A stretch of 63,721 nucleotides of DNA, the filler included, from Reticulomyxa filosa (lineage: Eukaryota; Protista; Foraminifera), in the NCBI GenBank assembly GCA_000512085.1. It is 26 parts of 26 records of this genome, joined end to end, with 100 filler letters (N's around TTAATTAATTAA, not from the genome) between each part and the next. Parts side by side here need not be neighbours in the genome. Positions count along the whole stretch, not along the records: positions 23,022 to 24,438 come from ASPP01008258.1; positions 24,539 to 25,733 come from ASPP01028296.1; positions 25,834 to 28,099 come from ASPP01022503.1; positions 28,200 to 29,670 come from ASPP01023488.1; positions 29,771 to 30,850 come from ASPP01033393.1; positions 30,951 to 33,931 come from ASPP01026654.1; positions 34,032 to 37,643 come from ASPP01006527.1; positions 37,744 to 40,120 come from ASPP01010388.1; 18 more parts are not named here. One strand, given 5' to 3'. Shown in pieces: positions 24,285 to 38,206 of this stretch; the first letter of the stretch is position 1; each line of letters opens with the position of its first letter. A model generated the notes under the pieces. The model worked only from the letters and a program-made list of their open reading frames with translations, was not told the DNA's origin and ran no database searches. The position numbers and the translations under genes are program-made.

Positions 24285-27200
24285 AAAAAACAAAAATCAA
24301 TTTACTTTAACTTAACTTTGATTTAATATTATGTCTATTCCATTGCAATTCATTCAGTTGTTTTCAATTCTACTTCTTTTCAATGTGCTATAAAGGAGCA
24401 AGGGAGGGAAGGAAAACACCATATATATATATATATATNNNNNNNNNNNNNNNNNNNNNNNNNNNNNNNNNNNNNNNNNNNNTTAATTAATTAANNNNNN
24501 NNNNNNNNNNNNNNNNNNNNNNNNNNNNNNNNNNNNNNAAAAAGAAAAAGAATCTAAACTTAAAAATAAAGAATTAACGTATGAATTGTAAAAAGAAAGA
24601 AGCAATGTAACGTTGGCATCAATTCAAACTGATGTAAAGAAAAGACTGAGAAAACAAGCAGAAGAAGAAGACGCAGAAATTGATAGTACTTCAGATAACT
24701 TAGCACAAATCCATATTAGTAAAAAAACAAAGAACAAATACTCAAGTCAATCTAACGAACTGAAAATTAATGAAATTATAGAATTGTCAGATTCTGACAA
24801 TGCTAATGAATGTAAAAATAATGAAATCTAAATCAAACAAGATATAATTCAATCAATTCATTTGTTGTAAATTGTTCCATTTAATAATATCATTGGATCT
24901 CCATTGAATAAAAAGCTTTAATTCATGATTATATTATATTTTTAAATATATTGTCCCCAAAATTAATATGAAATCTTCGATTATTTTGATTATTATTATG
25001 TCAAATTTCTATCATTAAAATGTGATTTGATGTTGGAACAGTTGCAAAGATTAGACTATTTTTACTTTGAAACTCAACATTTTGGACAATGTGTCTGTCT
25101 CTTTCATGTAGCCTGTGTACCTTCAATAGTGAATAATAGCGTTTGTAAAATTTATCCAATGTATTTCATCTGTTACAAATAAAAATAAGCATTTGATGTC
25201 TTTGCAAGTATTTGGGCAAGATTCTTTTGATGCTGGATAATGTTCATATTTTTCAATATTTCACTGGACGTGTCAATAAAATAAAGGATAATTTCATTTG
25301 TGTTTTGCAAAGTATTAAAATCAATATAAATGTTGACAAAGTCAATGCATTAATCAGTTGATTATTTCTTGTATTACTTAGAATGTTGATACTGGTAAGC
25401 AAATTGCTTTTAATCCACACGTTGATACACTAGTTACTAATCTATGATTTGTTACTGATGTTGTGGCGCTGATATTGCTTATATTGGTGAGATGAAAGCA
25501 TACACTAATCTACATATTTCGCACTTTGATATTGGATTGATGTCAAATTGTATAATGTCAAATTGACACTTTTTGTGACATGTACATATCCATAATTGAT
25601 CAAATCATGTAATATCGACATGTCAATCATAATCAATTCAATCCGCAAATAGTAAATGGGTCGAAGACGTAAATATGTTTGTAGAAAAAAGTGGATACAC
25701 TACATCCGACATTTACATAATCGATTGTCTTACNNNNNNNNNNNNNNNNNNNNNNNNNNNNNNNNNNNNNNNNNNNNTTAATTAATTAANNNNNNNNNNN
25801 NNNNNNNNNNNNNNNNNNNNNNNNNNNNNNNNNGAAGAAAAAAAGATTACAACATAACATAGTCATGTATATATGTACGTTATGTGTACATTATATGTAA
25901 GTATATTTTTAAAAAACACCTTTTCTATTATTATATTATCGATGACATAGTGACGAGTACTTGAGTAGTATTATGCGTCATTATAGTTATTTCTTTTACA
26001 ATCTTGCACTTGTCAGCAGTGCATCCGTCACTGATCGCAATTGTGGTGTCATATCTTTCTTTTCAAGGGCTCTTTTTTTCGTAACATGTGATTTGGAAGG
26101 TCTTCATTTCAAAAACAATTGCACATTTTGTCGGGGTTCATTCAGTTCACTTCTCTCCACTGTTGGGGATTCTATGAGAGAATCCTTTTTTTTTTTTGGA
26201 TCCGAGTTTTTGATAAATTATATTTGCTAATCCGATCCACTTCATGCAATGCTCAGAAATTATAATGTTTGTTCCAATAGTAGTAAGTTGAAGATTTACA
26301 TTTTTTGATAATGAATCATCGGGTTGATTGTCTTGTGTTTGATATCAAACATTTCTCCTATTGATGATAATTCCGAAAAAGAGGAGCTTCTTTCTTTTTT
26401 GACAATTGTTTTAGTTTTACGGAGGAATGCATTAGAGAAAGAATCCTCGAAAGCGCGCTTCAGGTTGTATATTTTTTGCTTGTTAGGCTGTTTGAAAAGA
26501 GCAGAATCAAACCACATTGTAAAGTTCAAGAGAATTTTTTCTAAAAAGGGAAAACTTTTTCTCTAAAAGAGAAAAACCATTACTCAAAAAAAAGTAATGA
26601 CCTATTTCAAAAAAAAAAATTTTTAATGTTCAATTATTTGTTTTTAGAATCAAATGTAGAATCATAAATGAAATAATAAACAAAAATTTTAACAACACTT
26701 TTTTTCCAATTTATTTTGTCAAAATATTACAAAAAATTGCAAATTTTCATCTTTTTTAATAAATATTTATTAGTTCTGCATTTATTTGTCACTTAAGAAA
26801 AAGGTCTTTTTTTTTTCTTTGGTTATCTCTTCGTACCAGTCCGTAAATAGTGTGGTATTCGCACTCTCTAATAGCACTGGTATATCTTTTTTCTTTTTTT
26901 TAAAATACTTTTGTAACTTAAAAGAGTGTTGTGTTTTTTTTTTGAACAGATCTCGCACTTTGATAATAAAAAAATGATGATTTTTTTGTTTGGATGCAAT
27001 ACATCCTTCAGCAAAAGAAAAAAAATGTATATTGAATATGGGGTAAGGCCCCCCGTCTCCGCAAGGAGTAACAAAGGTTTGTATTTATTTATAATTTTTT
27101 TTTTGACATAATTTACTTTATTTGCTTTTTCATTAACAGCCGCAACCCGTCTGTTAAAAAAAATATTGTATACGTCCTCGTCCCCATCCTCTGCAAAGAA

Positions 27201-28199
27201 AATTTTGGGGTTGAAGCCACCCTGCATTCAAAAAAAACAAAATGGTTTGTATCTTTTTATTATTTTTTATTTTATTTTATTAAATGATTGTATGTTTGTC
27301 AATAGGCATGCTCATATCAACAAAAAATTATATTTGCACTCACTATCTGTTACAAAAAAAAAATTAGATAATTGGAATTTGGACTTTTGGCTCCAAAGCA
27401 AAAGTATACATTTGTTTGTTTTTTTAAAAAATAAAAAAAGCATTTCAATTTGTGATTGTGATCATATCGTTCAATGATCAAAGGAAAGATTGGAAAGTTT
27501 GTTTTTTATTATTATTTTTATTATATTTAAGTTGATGAAGAATTTGGGGGAAAAGAAAATAGAAGGGAAAAATATATTGAAAAATTGGGAAAAAATTGGT
27601 GAAAAATGAATTGAAAAGGAGTGGGAAAATAAATTGAAAAGGGGTGGGAAATAAATATGAAAAGATGTAAAAGTTAGTGGAAAAATTTTTTTTAAAAGAA
27701 AAATGAAGAAAATAAAAAAGAATAATAAGAAATAAAAAAGAAATAGAAAAAAATAGTAAAAGAAAAATAAAATTAAAAAAATGAACAATGAAGAAAAAAA
27801 GTAAAAAGATGGAAAAAAAAAGTAGAAAAGAGAAAGAAAAAATAGTAGAAAAAAGAAAAAAAGAAAAAAAAGTAGATAAATTGTAAGAAAAAAGTGAAAT
27901 TGTTCACTTAAAACTTGGAAAATGGCGTATGGCCACACGCGAACATCAAATCGATAAAGTGGGAGTGGCAAGATATTGTGGATGCAACTAGAATGGTGGA
28001 GAAGTTTGAGTTGACGAACAAGAACTCTGTCATCGTGGAAATTGGAGCAAATTTTATGTCAATAGAGTATTGGAGATCGATCGATACTATCGAACAGTAN
28101 NNNNNNNNNNNNNNNNNNNNNNNNNNNNNNNNNNNNNNNNNNNTTAATTAATTAANNNNNNNNNNNNNNNNNNNNNNNNNNNNNNNNNNNNNNNNNNNN

Positions 28200-29670
28200 C
28201 AATATAAATGTTCAACAAGTTGATTTGGAGTCTCAATTTACATGACAATCCTTTGTGACAGGCGAAATGTGGACAGTGTTTGCGACAGCATGCTATTAGG
28301 TGAAGAAGATATAACTGCCAATAAATAAGGCGTTTTTTTTCAACTCTTTTAAAGCGTTGTCATCCAATAGCAAAGTACGAAGCAATTGCGTTACGTGTTC
28401 CAGTGTTTCAATTGTCAGCATTTCTGGCCACATTAAGCAATACAATGGAGGCTTCCAGCTATTTGTAGCTGCCTTTCTGTTTGGCGTAACTGACTCTTTT
28501 TTTTCTTCTTCAGTTTCTTGCTGTTGTCGTTTCCTTGCACAAGTGATAGCTCGAAACAGTAGGCACTCCACTTCTTCTTCCATTGTATTTTCCTTGCATA
28601 TCAATATGTGTTCAATCCGGGGAATGACTCCAACAGATTCAAACAATTCCAAAACATTTAGCATTTGGCTCGAATTTTGGACAATCAAATTGGGGTTTCC
28701 CATACTCAAGTATGCCAGATGACGTATTATCTCTTACTTTGTTATTGTCGGAGTTGCTCCACATCTCCGAACATATCTCTCCAAATTGCGATAGTACATC
28801 GTCACTGTCAGCAGCTACACATTTCCATTTTTTTTCAATACTGTCGACGCATCGGGATAGTTTGTGATCAATGCGTTGTAAAAATGGTAACACAAATCTG
28901 GAGGCAAGCAGCTTTTTGTCTTCCTTTGGACAAATTGACATACAATTCTTTCAAATGCACAAACTCTTTGTATTTTTTTTTTTTAACAGTGTCTTGCGTG
29001 TCTTTGTTGTTGTTGTCGTCGTCGTCATCCTTGAGCTTAAGGAGAGATTGGTGGAGGGGCCTTAAGGTTCTTCTTGTTGTTGTCACATTCCAAAAATTTG
29101 GCAAAACACAAAATTCAATCGTCTTATTTTTGCACCATTTGAAACAGCTTGTGTAATGATCCTTTCACAAATATCTGTAAGTCGATTAAAATTTTCGGCT
29201 TTTTTTTTCTCCTTGCACGGTCAACAATGAAAGCCAGGGGATGCACAAGGAAACAATATTCCAAGTGATGAATTCAGCAAAGTTTGGAGGGTCTTGTCAG
29301 ATATTCCCTCTGGCTTTCTTGCTTTTCTCTCTTTGCTTCAATTTCGATCTTGATTTTGCTTTCAACGTTGGATTTGGCTTCAATGTCGGATTTGCTTTTG
29401 CTAGTCTTTTCGATTGTATTTGATTTGACGCTGTGCTTTTTTTTTTTTTTTTTTCCACGAATAGTTTTTGACGTAAATCGACAGAATTGAGAAGAAAAAA
29501 AAAAAAGAAGACGTGCAAAATAAATATTGTGCGAATACGTACATGTTTGGATCCATTCCGACAGGAATGTCGATAATAATGTTGAATACGTCCTCCAATA
29601 AGTTCCAGCTAATAGACGGTTGCTCCAAAATTTGTTTCAGCGACTCCAAAGTTTTATCACTCCATTTTTT
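28200..29670 (-). pseudogene. RNF213/mysterin-like giant AAA+ ATPase fragment (frame-disrupted)
   Basis: GNPNLIV...LELF....IPRIEHILICKENTMEEEVECLLFRA...LYCLMWPE.L resembles the RNF213 segment leading into the AAA+ ring. Coding sense is split among frames. Confidence 0.55.
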
Positions 29671-32600
29671 NNNNNNNNNNNNNNNNNNNNNNNNNNNNNN
29701 NNNNNNNNNNNNNNTTAATTAATTAANNNNNNNNNNNNNNNNNNNNNNNNNNNNNNNNNNNNNNNNNNNNTTAAAAAATTAAATCTTTTTACTGATGCAA
29801 TTTGAATACCTCTGCTATTCTTTTATTTTTCAAATAAGCGAAACAACTAAGCGTGAAAGAGAAGCAAATTGATGAAATAAAGAATAAACAATTTATCTTA
29901 AGGATATACCAGTCGAAATCAATTGTATTTAATATGAAGATATGAATGAAGCACTGATTGCAGGAAAGCATTGTCCAAGACAATTCCTTAACAACAATTA
30001 CAATATATTAAAATAAAAACAACTTAAATATAAATTAATAAATTGAATTTCATATATAATATGATTTTAAAGGAAAAATAAAAGGCTTGAATCGATTTAC
30101 TGAAATTGAATTAAAAAATGATAAGTCAACTAAATGCCAAATTTATGTTTGGGATGTGTTTCTACTCGGTAAAAACGAGTTGACTTTTTTGTACCCCACG
30201 ACAAAAAAAATAATTTTTGTTTCATTTGCTTTCATAGCAAGAGGAGAGAAATTTGTTCATCTTTGTTACTACAAAGTTAGTACATTTCTTTTTTGTGTAG
30301 AAGAAAACATGTTTGGAACGGTTCAAAGCTGGGTGTTAACAAATTGACGAACACTCAGTAAAATACGTTCCGAAAATAAAGGTCAACACCAGAAAGAAAA
30401 TGTTTTTTTTTGTATCATTTTTTTTCTGTTATAACCTACATTAAAATATTTTAAAATATATGATTGTAGAAAATGATGTGTATTTTCTTTTAGAATTGCG
30501 CATTCGCGAAGCGGTTAAAGAGTGACAGATCTGCAATCATAATTAAATTTAGAATTTTTTCTTTTATTTGTAACAAAAAATTGTTTTTTAACTTTTATCA
30601 AGTATTGATATTATTTTAATAAAAAGTTCAACCAAAAACTAATGCAATATGAAGTAGAGCTCACAAAAAGTTGCTACTGAATCAATACATTCTCTTGATA
30701 AAATTTGCATCAAATGATAATATTCTTCAAATAAGAGCTAAACAAGAATTAGCTTTTGCCTAGTTATTATTGTCGTCATTGCGTTACTTTGCGAAAAAGC
30801 GTCTTGCGTTTTGCACTTTTTAACTTTTTTAAATTGTAAACCATTTTCCANNNNNNNNNNNNNNNNNNNNNNNNNNNNNNNNNNNNNNNNNNNNTTAATT
30901 AATTAANNNNNNNNNNNNNNNNNNNNNNNNNNNNNNNNNNNNNNNNNNNNACAACAATTTGATTGCCACAATTGCTTTCAATCAAGTGCATTATAGACAC
31001 TAGCAACCAAGGAAAGTTTGTGAACATTACCCAATACTTTAAACGAAAAACAAACAAATGACGTATACCTTTACTACATTTGAAAATTATAAACAAGTTT
31101 GCAAAATGATTGCAATGAATTCTGATTTCACTTGTGTCTTTCATCATTTGTAATTACAATAAAGCATAACTGTTTGTTTGGTAATGTTTGTACTTATAGA
31201 ATCTTCATATTATTAACAATTTCAAAATTGTTTCTTTTTTTGTTGTCATATTGTAAATATTGGATGAAAGAATCAAATTATCAATGATTTTAAAAAACAA
31301 TATTGGTTTTTAGCAAAAACAAATTCGCTTGTGTATCCACTGGTTAGGGAACCTGAACCTTTGTCTAAATTTACTTTGTCACAAACTAATTATTAAACAC
31401 TGGAACGGCCATTACAATACCATATTATCCTTTTTTCTATTCAATTACTTGTGTGATTGATTTATTTGTTAATTTTTTTAAACAATTTAAGTGGTTAAAA
31501 TCAATTAATTTCTTCTAAAAAAAATTAACAAGGTTATACAATTTCAAAAAGATATCAAACTGATTTGTTTACTAAAAAACAACATACCCAATATTTCTTT
31601 CTATTTTGAATATAAAATACCATAAATGAAAAGATTTCTCTACTGATGCAAAATAAACTTTAATTAACAAAAGGTCACTTGATTCCAAATAAAACAAACA
31701 TTATTAGATTACTTTTGAAAAATCACTTTTACAGACTTCGAAGAATCATAAAAAGTTTCAATCCAATATTCACATTTAAAGAAATTGTTCAAAGTAACAG
31801 TGGTAATAAACATATCACAGAAACGTTTAAGATACAACCAATTCACACCTTATTTGTTAAAGAAAAATACGTATGTAATGCGAAGTAAATAATAAAACAA
31901 ACTAAAAAAACAATTAAAAACATTCCATCAATGAAACATATACAATCCATATAATATCTCAATGATAAAATGAATTGGAATTTGTACCAGATGTTTTATA
32001 ACTTTGAGTGAAAATGATGAGTGACGATGTGAAGGATACCTGAGTTAAAAATGGTTATTACAATTAAATGACCAAAATAAGCTGCAAGATTGCATTTGTC
32101 TACTTTGCAAAGAAGTTGTGAATCATCCAGTGCAAATCGATTATACTGAACACCAACACAACGATGAAGTAGTAAACGTATTTGCAAAAAAATAATGTAA
32201 ATATCCAATTAGACAATATGAAAAATGTAGTTATACTAAGGTTTGATTGCTGCTATTAAGTAACAATTTATATTTGCACTTGTAATTTCATCTTTTTCCT
32301 GTTTATTTCCAGGTTTATGTTGGATTTTTGATCGTTACTATTTTCTTCATCATGAAAGGGATTTGTCTTTTGTGAATAAGTCGAATATCGTAATGATATT
32401 TGACATCACTAATTTTGCTTTTGAAAGCTCTTGCGTTTTCACGATTGACATTGTCAATATATGTTTCCAATTTATTTCCTTATCAACAGAAGACAAATTT
32501 GGCAATTGTGATTGACTTTTTTCTTTCCCTTGAGCAAGCAATTAGCTTGAACTAGACACATTTTGCAATGTGGCGGGCCAATATGAGACTAATTGCTTCC

Positions 32601-33006
32601 TTTTTTGATAAAACCTTCTTTTGACTATGCAATCATCTTGAGAATAGACTTTTGCTCTGCCTCATTTCTCCAAAAAAGTTTTCAACATGAAATTCAAATC
32701 TAAGCAGATGTTGGAATATCTTTATTAGATAAACACTTATTCCTTCCAACAAACAACTTCAGTTAACAATCTGATATCGATGATGGATTTGGTTTGTTTT
32801 TTTTGTATGCCTATTGAATATTTGAATTCTTAATGAAATGAAAACAAAAACTTTATATGCATAGTACTTCATATAATTCAAAGATAAAAACGAAATGTCC
32901 AACTCTTGGTATAAAAATCTTATAACACAACAAAAGTCGTGTCGTAAGTCCCTTTTTGATAGGAAAAAATTGACATCTCCAGAGAAAAACAATAGAAGTT
33001 GAAAAA

Positions 33007-33931
33007 ATGGGAACTTATCTCAGTAAAAAAGGGCTAACAACACAACCAGCGGTAAGTTGCGTTACAACACGTCCTTCAGAAAAAGTTATCTTTTAAAATT
33101 TGACTGATTGTAGTTTCAGAAAAATCTGTCAGAAGAAGAAATCGAATTAATTATTAGATATTGGGTTAGAATATTAAGCATCAAACTAGGATGGATCCAT
33201 GATTTTGACAGACTTGTTGCTAAATACGTTAAGTTTATTTTTGTTTATTCAATGATAAGTATTTATTTATTGCTATTTCATAAAAACTATTTTCGCAGGG
33301 AAGCAGTTTCTTCATGCTTGATACATTCCGTGAATTATCAAAGCTACTCAATATATTCACTGGACACATGAATTTTGTGTACAGTATCGATTTTTCGACA
33401 TTTGGTGATAGTCAAGTCATTTGTTCTGGATCACTTGATAAAACAATTCGTATGTGGGATGTTAAAACTAGCAAACAAATTCAATCATTCAGTCAACTTT
33501 TAAACTGGGCATATTGTGTGAAATTTTCACCATATCATTATTATAATCGTCGTCGTAGTGTCATTTGTTCTTCATCAGATGACAAAAATATTCTTTTTTG
33601 GGACTTCAAAGATAATCGACAATTACAGGTATTCGATGGACACAATGGATGGGTTGGTGGTATTGAATTTTCACCATTTAATGGCGGTAGATATTTGTGT
33701 TCGGGATCTGAAGACAATACAATTCGTTTATGGGATGTTGAAACATCAAAATCATTACATGTTTTCAATGGACATGAAGATGGTGTTTGGTGTGTGGCTA
33801 TTTCATCACTGCAAAGCAATAACAACAATGACAATGATAATAAAATGAATAATATTGGCATAATTGGTGGTAATGGGTATACTATTTGTTCTGGATCACA
33901 TGATAGAACCATTCGTATATGGGATATTGAA
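33007..33931 (+). CDS. Lineage-expanded WD40 protein, 5' part (3 exons; myristoylation-like start; helical module exon)
   Basis: Exons 33007-33051 (MGTYLSKKGLTTQPA), 33114-33227 (FQKNLSEEEIELIIRYWVRILSIKLGWIHDFDRLVAKY) and 33299 to contig end (WD40 repeats). All introns phase 0, GT-AG. Confidence 0.9.
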
Positions 33932-34120
33932 NNNNNNNNNNNNNNNNNNNNNNNNNNNNNNNNNNNNNNNNNNNNTTAATTAATTAANNNNNNNNNNNNN
34001 NNNNNNNNNNNNNNNNNNNNNNNNNNNNNNNAAAAAAAAAAAATTTGGAAAAAAAGATAATAATTAGAATAATTTGTGTACGTATACGTATATTAAAAAA
34101 AAAAAAAAAATAAATCACAG

Positions 34121-36833
34121 CTGACGGAAATTCAAGAGAAACAATTGTGTCAGCTGCACGAGAAAATCAAAAAGGAGCAAAAAAAATATGGACAGTTTGT
34201 GGAAGTGTTTTATTTGGGGCAAGGAACGCCAAAAAAGAGACGACAATACAAAAAAACAGGACACAAGACGGCGGAAGAGATAGTATATATGTCGATTAAT
34301 CGTGACCGCATGCAACAGTTATCGCGTTGGCTATTGACTCGCAAAAACCAATTGAAGCGTACGTACCCCCGTTTGTTTTATCCATTGTCCGTCGGCGGCT
34401 CGCGAGCACAGGTATGGGAGAGCATCCCTGCCACGTCCGGCCTCCAAAATACCAAGAATGCAATGCCAAAGACAGCGCTTCAGTTTATTCATACGTTTTC
34501 GCACAACGCCTTGGACGGATATTCACTGCCACCACTGTGGCAATGGTCATTTCCATCTTCCTCACCCTGCCGGCAAACGAAATGCCACTTCCGATGAACA
34601 TTGCGGTGCATTTCGAGAATGCAAAGATCTATGAAGAATGGGCCGAAAAAAACACACAATCCAATAATGAGTTGCCACACGTCGTCCATATTCCGTCTGC
34701 TTGTATCAGTCAAGACCCAATGGTGCCGTTCATCCTTAAGCATCAACAAACACTCACCCCTTCAACAAAAACAACAAAAACAACAACAACAACAACAACA
34801 ACAAAAACAACAATGGTTAATGCAAGTACCGATACTCCACTGATCAATGTTGTGTTGTCTTCCTCAACTTTGAGTCACTTGTGCGATATCGATATGTTGG
34901 GTGCTTGGAAGACGTCCTTCGTGGTGCCTTGGAAAATCCTTCAAGTGACCGCGACTCACAACAACAACAACACCACAGGACCACGCCACGTGTTGCTACT
35001 CGACAAAATGATCCCGCTCCAAAAGTGGTCGCCCAGGGCGGCAAATGCAAAATATCACAAATGGGCAACCAAGGCGCATTTCGTCATGAATGCGCTCAAG
35101 CACACACGTCAGCAAAGTTCCACCCATTCCAATGTCCCGCTCTCTCAATTCTTGCAACAGCAATGCGATGCCTACAATTTGCATAGCAACAACAATTTGC
35201 AATATTCTCTGTGGAATATTATGGGGCGTTTTAATGTGTTGATCCGACATCGAAATCATGGAACCGATCAAGTTTTGCAATAACTATTCAAAACAATAAT
35301 AAATAATAAATAATAAATAATAAATAATAAATAATAAATAATAATTGATAATTGATAATAATAATAATATATTATTATTATTATCAACTATCAATTATTA
35401 TTTATTATTGCTATGTTGTGATAATACATATCTCTTATAAAAAAAAAACCACAATACAACCAATTAGGATGGACGCCAATGCTATCCTGGAATAAAATTA
35501 GAATATTTGAATTTGTGGAAAGAAATCTTTCCCTCACACAAAAAACAAGAAAGGCAACGTTTTTTGCATAGTGAATCGGAAGAAAAGAAACTACAAGGCG
35601 ACAACGGAGGCCATTCGTTAAGTGATGACTCGCTGTTGTATGATCTGGACAATTTGGAAAAGATCCCCGAGTCGCAGCGCTTGCAATGGTATATGTCTTG
35701 CAAATTGCGACAAGGTAGCGAGTGTCAATTGGTGCTGTCGCGCATTCGAATGAACTGTGGCGACGAAAATCGGCTGTGTTACACCCGTGTCATCCCGCAA
35801 AGTCAATTGGAACAAGTGTTGTTGGAAGACAGCCACGAAAAGATATTTTTGCAAAAGCGATTGGAATTGGCCTACCATAACTTGTGTCAATTATTTGAAT
35901 TTTGCTTTCAAACGTACCATCAGCAGATGAGTGGCCTACAAACTAATCACGAGCCCAATGACTATTATTTGTTTTCATATCGATGCAAAAGCGACATGGT
36001 CTTGATCTATCGGCAGCACGATATCCTTTCCCAACACCACATTACTCTCCCTTTTGACTTGCACAAATACGTTGATTGTTGTTGCCAAATTGATCAAAAT
36101 TATGTCGATTTCATTCTGCCACGATCCATTCATTATGATGGAATGCAGAATTGTCACATCCCCGATTGTCTCCCACCACAAATTGCTGTTTTGCCATCGC
36201 AATGTCTTATGTTCAAAAACCACGTAAGGAAAACAATTAAATAAATAATATAAATTATATACATAATATATACTTGTTATTTACATTGCAAGCAATAATA
36301 ATAATAATAATAATAATCAACAAAAGGGCTTTTGTCCATTGTATTGGAATCTCAGCAAAGATTGCAAAGATGGACATTATCGCACTCATGTGATCCTCCA
36401 TTGCTGGGAACACGCTTTAGGCTCTTGCCCTCGTTGTCAGTGCACGTGGCCGCATTTGACGGAAATAAAACTGATTGATGATGCCTGTTTGATGTTTCAT
36501 ATCAAGCAATTAATCGACTATTGCCAGGACTTTGTCAAGTATGGTACGTGTTCATCGCAAAAAAATAATCGCTGCTTTTCGTTGCATTTGGACAAACAAG
36601 AATTGTTAAGGCGATTTGCCTCGATAAAATCTCGACACTTGCCATTACCTGAATTAATTCGACGAGGGTTTGAATTGAAAGATAAAATGGAACAGACAAC
36701 CCAACAGCTAAACGCAAAATATCCAAATAAAAAATCTGCTGTCAACTTTGTTACTGGATATCAGAAATTTTCTAAAACTCCTTTAACCTCAGACAAACAA
36801 ACGACTTCACAAAAGGTAAAAAATGAAGAGTAA
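34121..36833 (+). CDS. ICE2/NARG2_C-like domain protein with Cys/His-rich C-terminus, multi-exon
   Basis: VLSSSTL..LCD, VPW.I, VLLLDK..P, NLQYSLW...VLIR...HG and KLEY...E......W...KLR resemble the NARG2_C motif order. Exons separated by AT-rich introns near 35270-35468 and 36225-36326. 5' frame junction unresolved. Confidence 0.55.
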
Positions 36834-37780
36834 CACAATTGCAAAACTTCTCATCTCTCCACTTTTACTGACATCAATAGTTTCTCATATTTTATGCAAA
36901 TTTCTCTTGCTTTTTCTTCATCTCCTGTTCGCATTCAACCCATATTTGAAAAGTACGATCTGCTTCTTTTCGTTTTCTGATCCTATTGCTTACTTATCAG
37001 GCGGAGAAAAAAGATTTCAACAATTTTTTCAGTGCACTATCATCGGCATTTGTGAGATGTACAAGTAAAGACTTATAAAGTCGTTAAAAAATTGTTATAC
37101 TATTGTTTTGCAACTAAAATAAAAATCAAACATTAATAGATGCTCTTAAAGTAAGATAGTACATCAGCCAAATGTTTGAAATTATTTCGTATTCGCCCGA
37201 TATACCTAACTAAAGCTTTGATAAAGCTTTTTTTTTTTTTGAACTTCCGTCTCCCTCTGAAGTGACCTCATCGCTCATTAGCCGTTAAAAATGGTATTTT
37301 TTGTTAACAAAATTCCATTGAAATATTAGGATATCTCAATGCCCTCATGTTTTATTATTTTTGTAATCTCTAAAAAAAAAAAAAAATTGTGTGCAACAAA
37401 GGAAATCGGAAGAATGGGCAATTGGAGCAAGATGGTGATGAGCGAGTTGAACTCTCGAAGTGAAGATTTGCACAATTTGAGCGAGTTGTTGTGGAGAGAA
37501 TGGAAAGAGGAGAAGGAAGAAGGACAAGGTTGGAGACAGAGACGAATGGAAGAGATAATAACGCGAGGGAGCGCCTTTGTGGAAAAGATGGCAAGTGTAG
37601 CAAACGAAAAAGAAAAGAAGAAGAAGAAGAAGAAGAAGAAGAANNNNNNNNNNNNNNNNNNNNNNNNNNNNNNNNNNNNNNNNNNNNTTAATTAATTAAN
37701 NNNNNNNNNNNNNNNNNNNNNNNNNNNNNNNNNNNNNNNNNNNAAAAATAAAAAACAAAAATAAATTTAAAAGACCAGAG

Positions 37781-38206
37781 ATGACACAAGCAATAGTGGC
37801 AGCAGCGAATGTAATATTGCGTGTGATAATGTGTTTGTGGTTCGTTGGTCGATATCCTCGGGCAAATCTGACGTTGATGACCTTCCCATTTTTGACAGTG
37901 ATTTCATCACTGACATACAGCATTCGAGTGTATGAATTGTTAGAAATGGGGGAAAACAAGGAATATGACGGATATCGATACTATCGTTCTTGGATGTGGA
38001 GCTCCTTGCTCAATGTCCCATTCACTATTGCTGGATTGGCTCTTGTTCTGACCGGATCACCTGGATTAGACGCTGTGTCCATTGTCGTCTTGGTTTTGAA
38101 TTTGCTGAATGTTGGAAGGTGTTTTCTTGCCGCTTGGGCTTGTGTTGAATCGGGAAATGATATTCACTCTGACTTTGAAAAAACCATTAAATACAATCGA
38201 CTATAA
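37781..38206 (+). CDS. Multi-pass membrane protein, last exon
   Basis: About four hydrophobic segments in a 141-codon frame following an AG acceptor; no family recognised. Confidence 0.55.
   Translation: MTQAIVAAANVILRVIMCLWFVGRYPRANLTLMTFPFLTVISSLTYSIRVYELLEMGENKEYDGYRYYRSWMWSSLLNVPFTIAGLALVLTGSPGLDAVSIVVLVLNLLNVGRCFLAAWACVESGNDIHSDFEKTIKYNRL

Noticed and set aside
27471-27971. 166-aa Phe/Leu-rich ORF as a membrane protein
   Set aside because: Reverse reading of a low-complexity A-rich tract; no sign of coding.
24539-32990. Short ORFs in the AT-rich contigs at 24.5-28.1 kb and 29.8-33.0 kb, including a faint Kelch-like trace near 30951-31200
   Set aside because: Too short or too degenerate to support a call.
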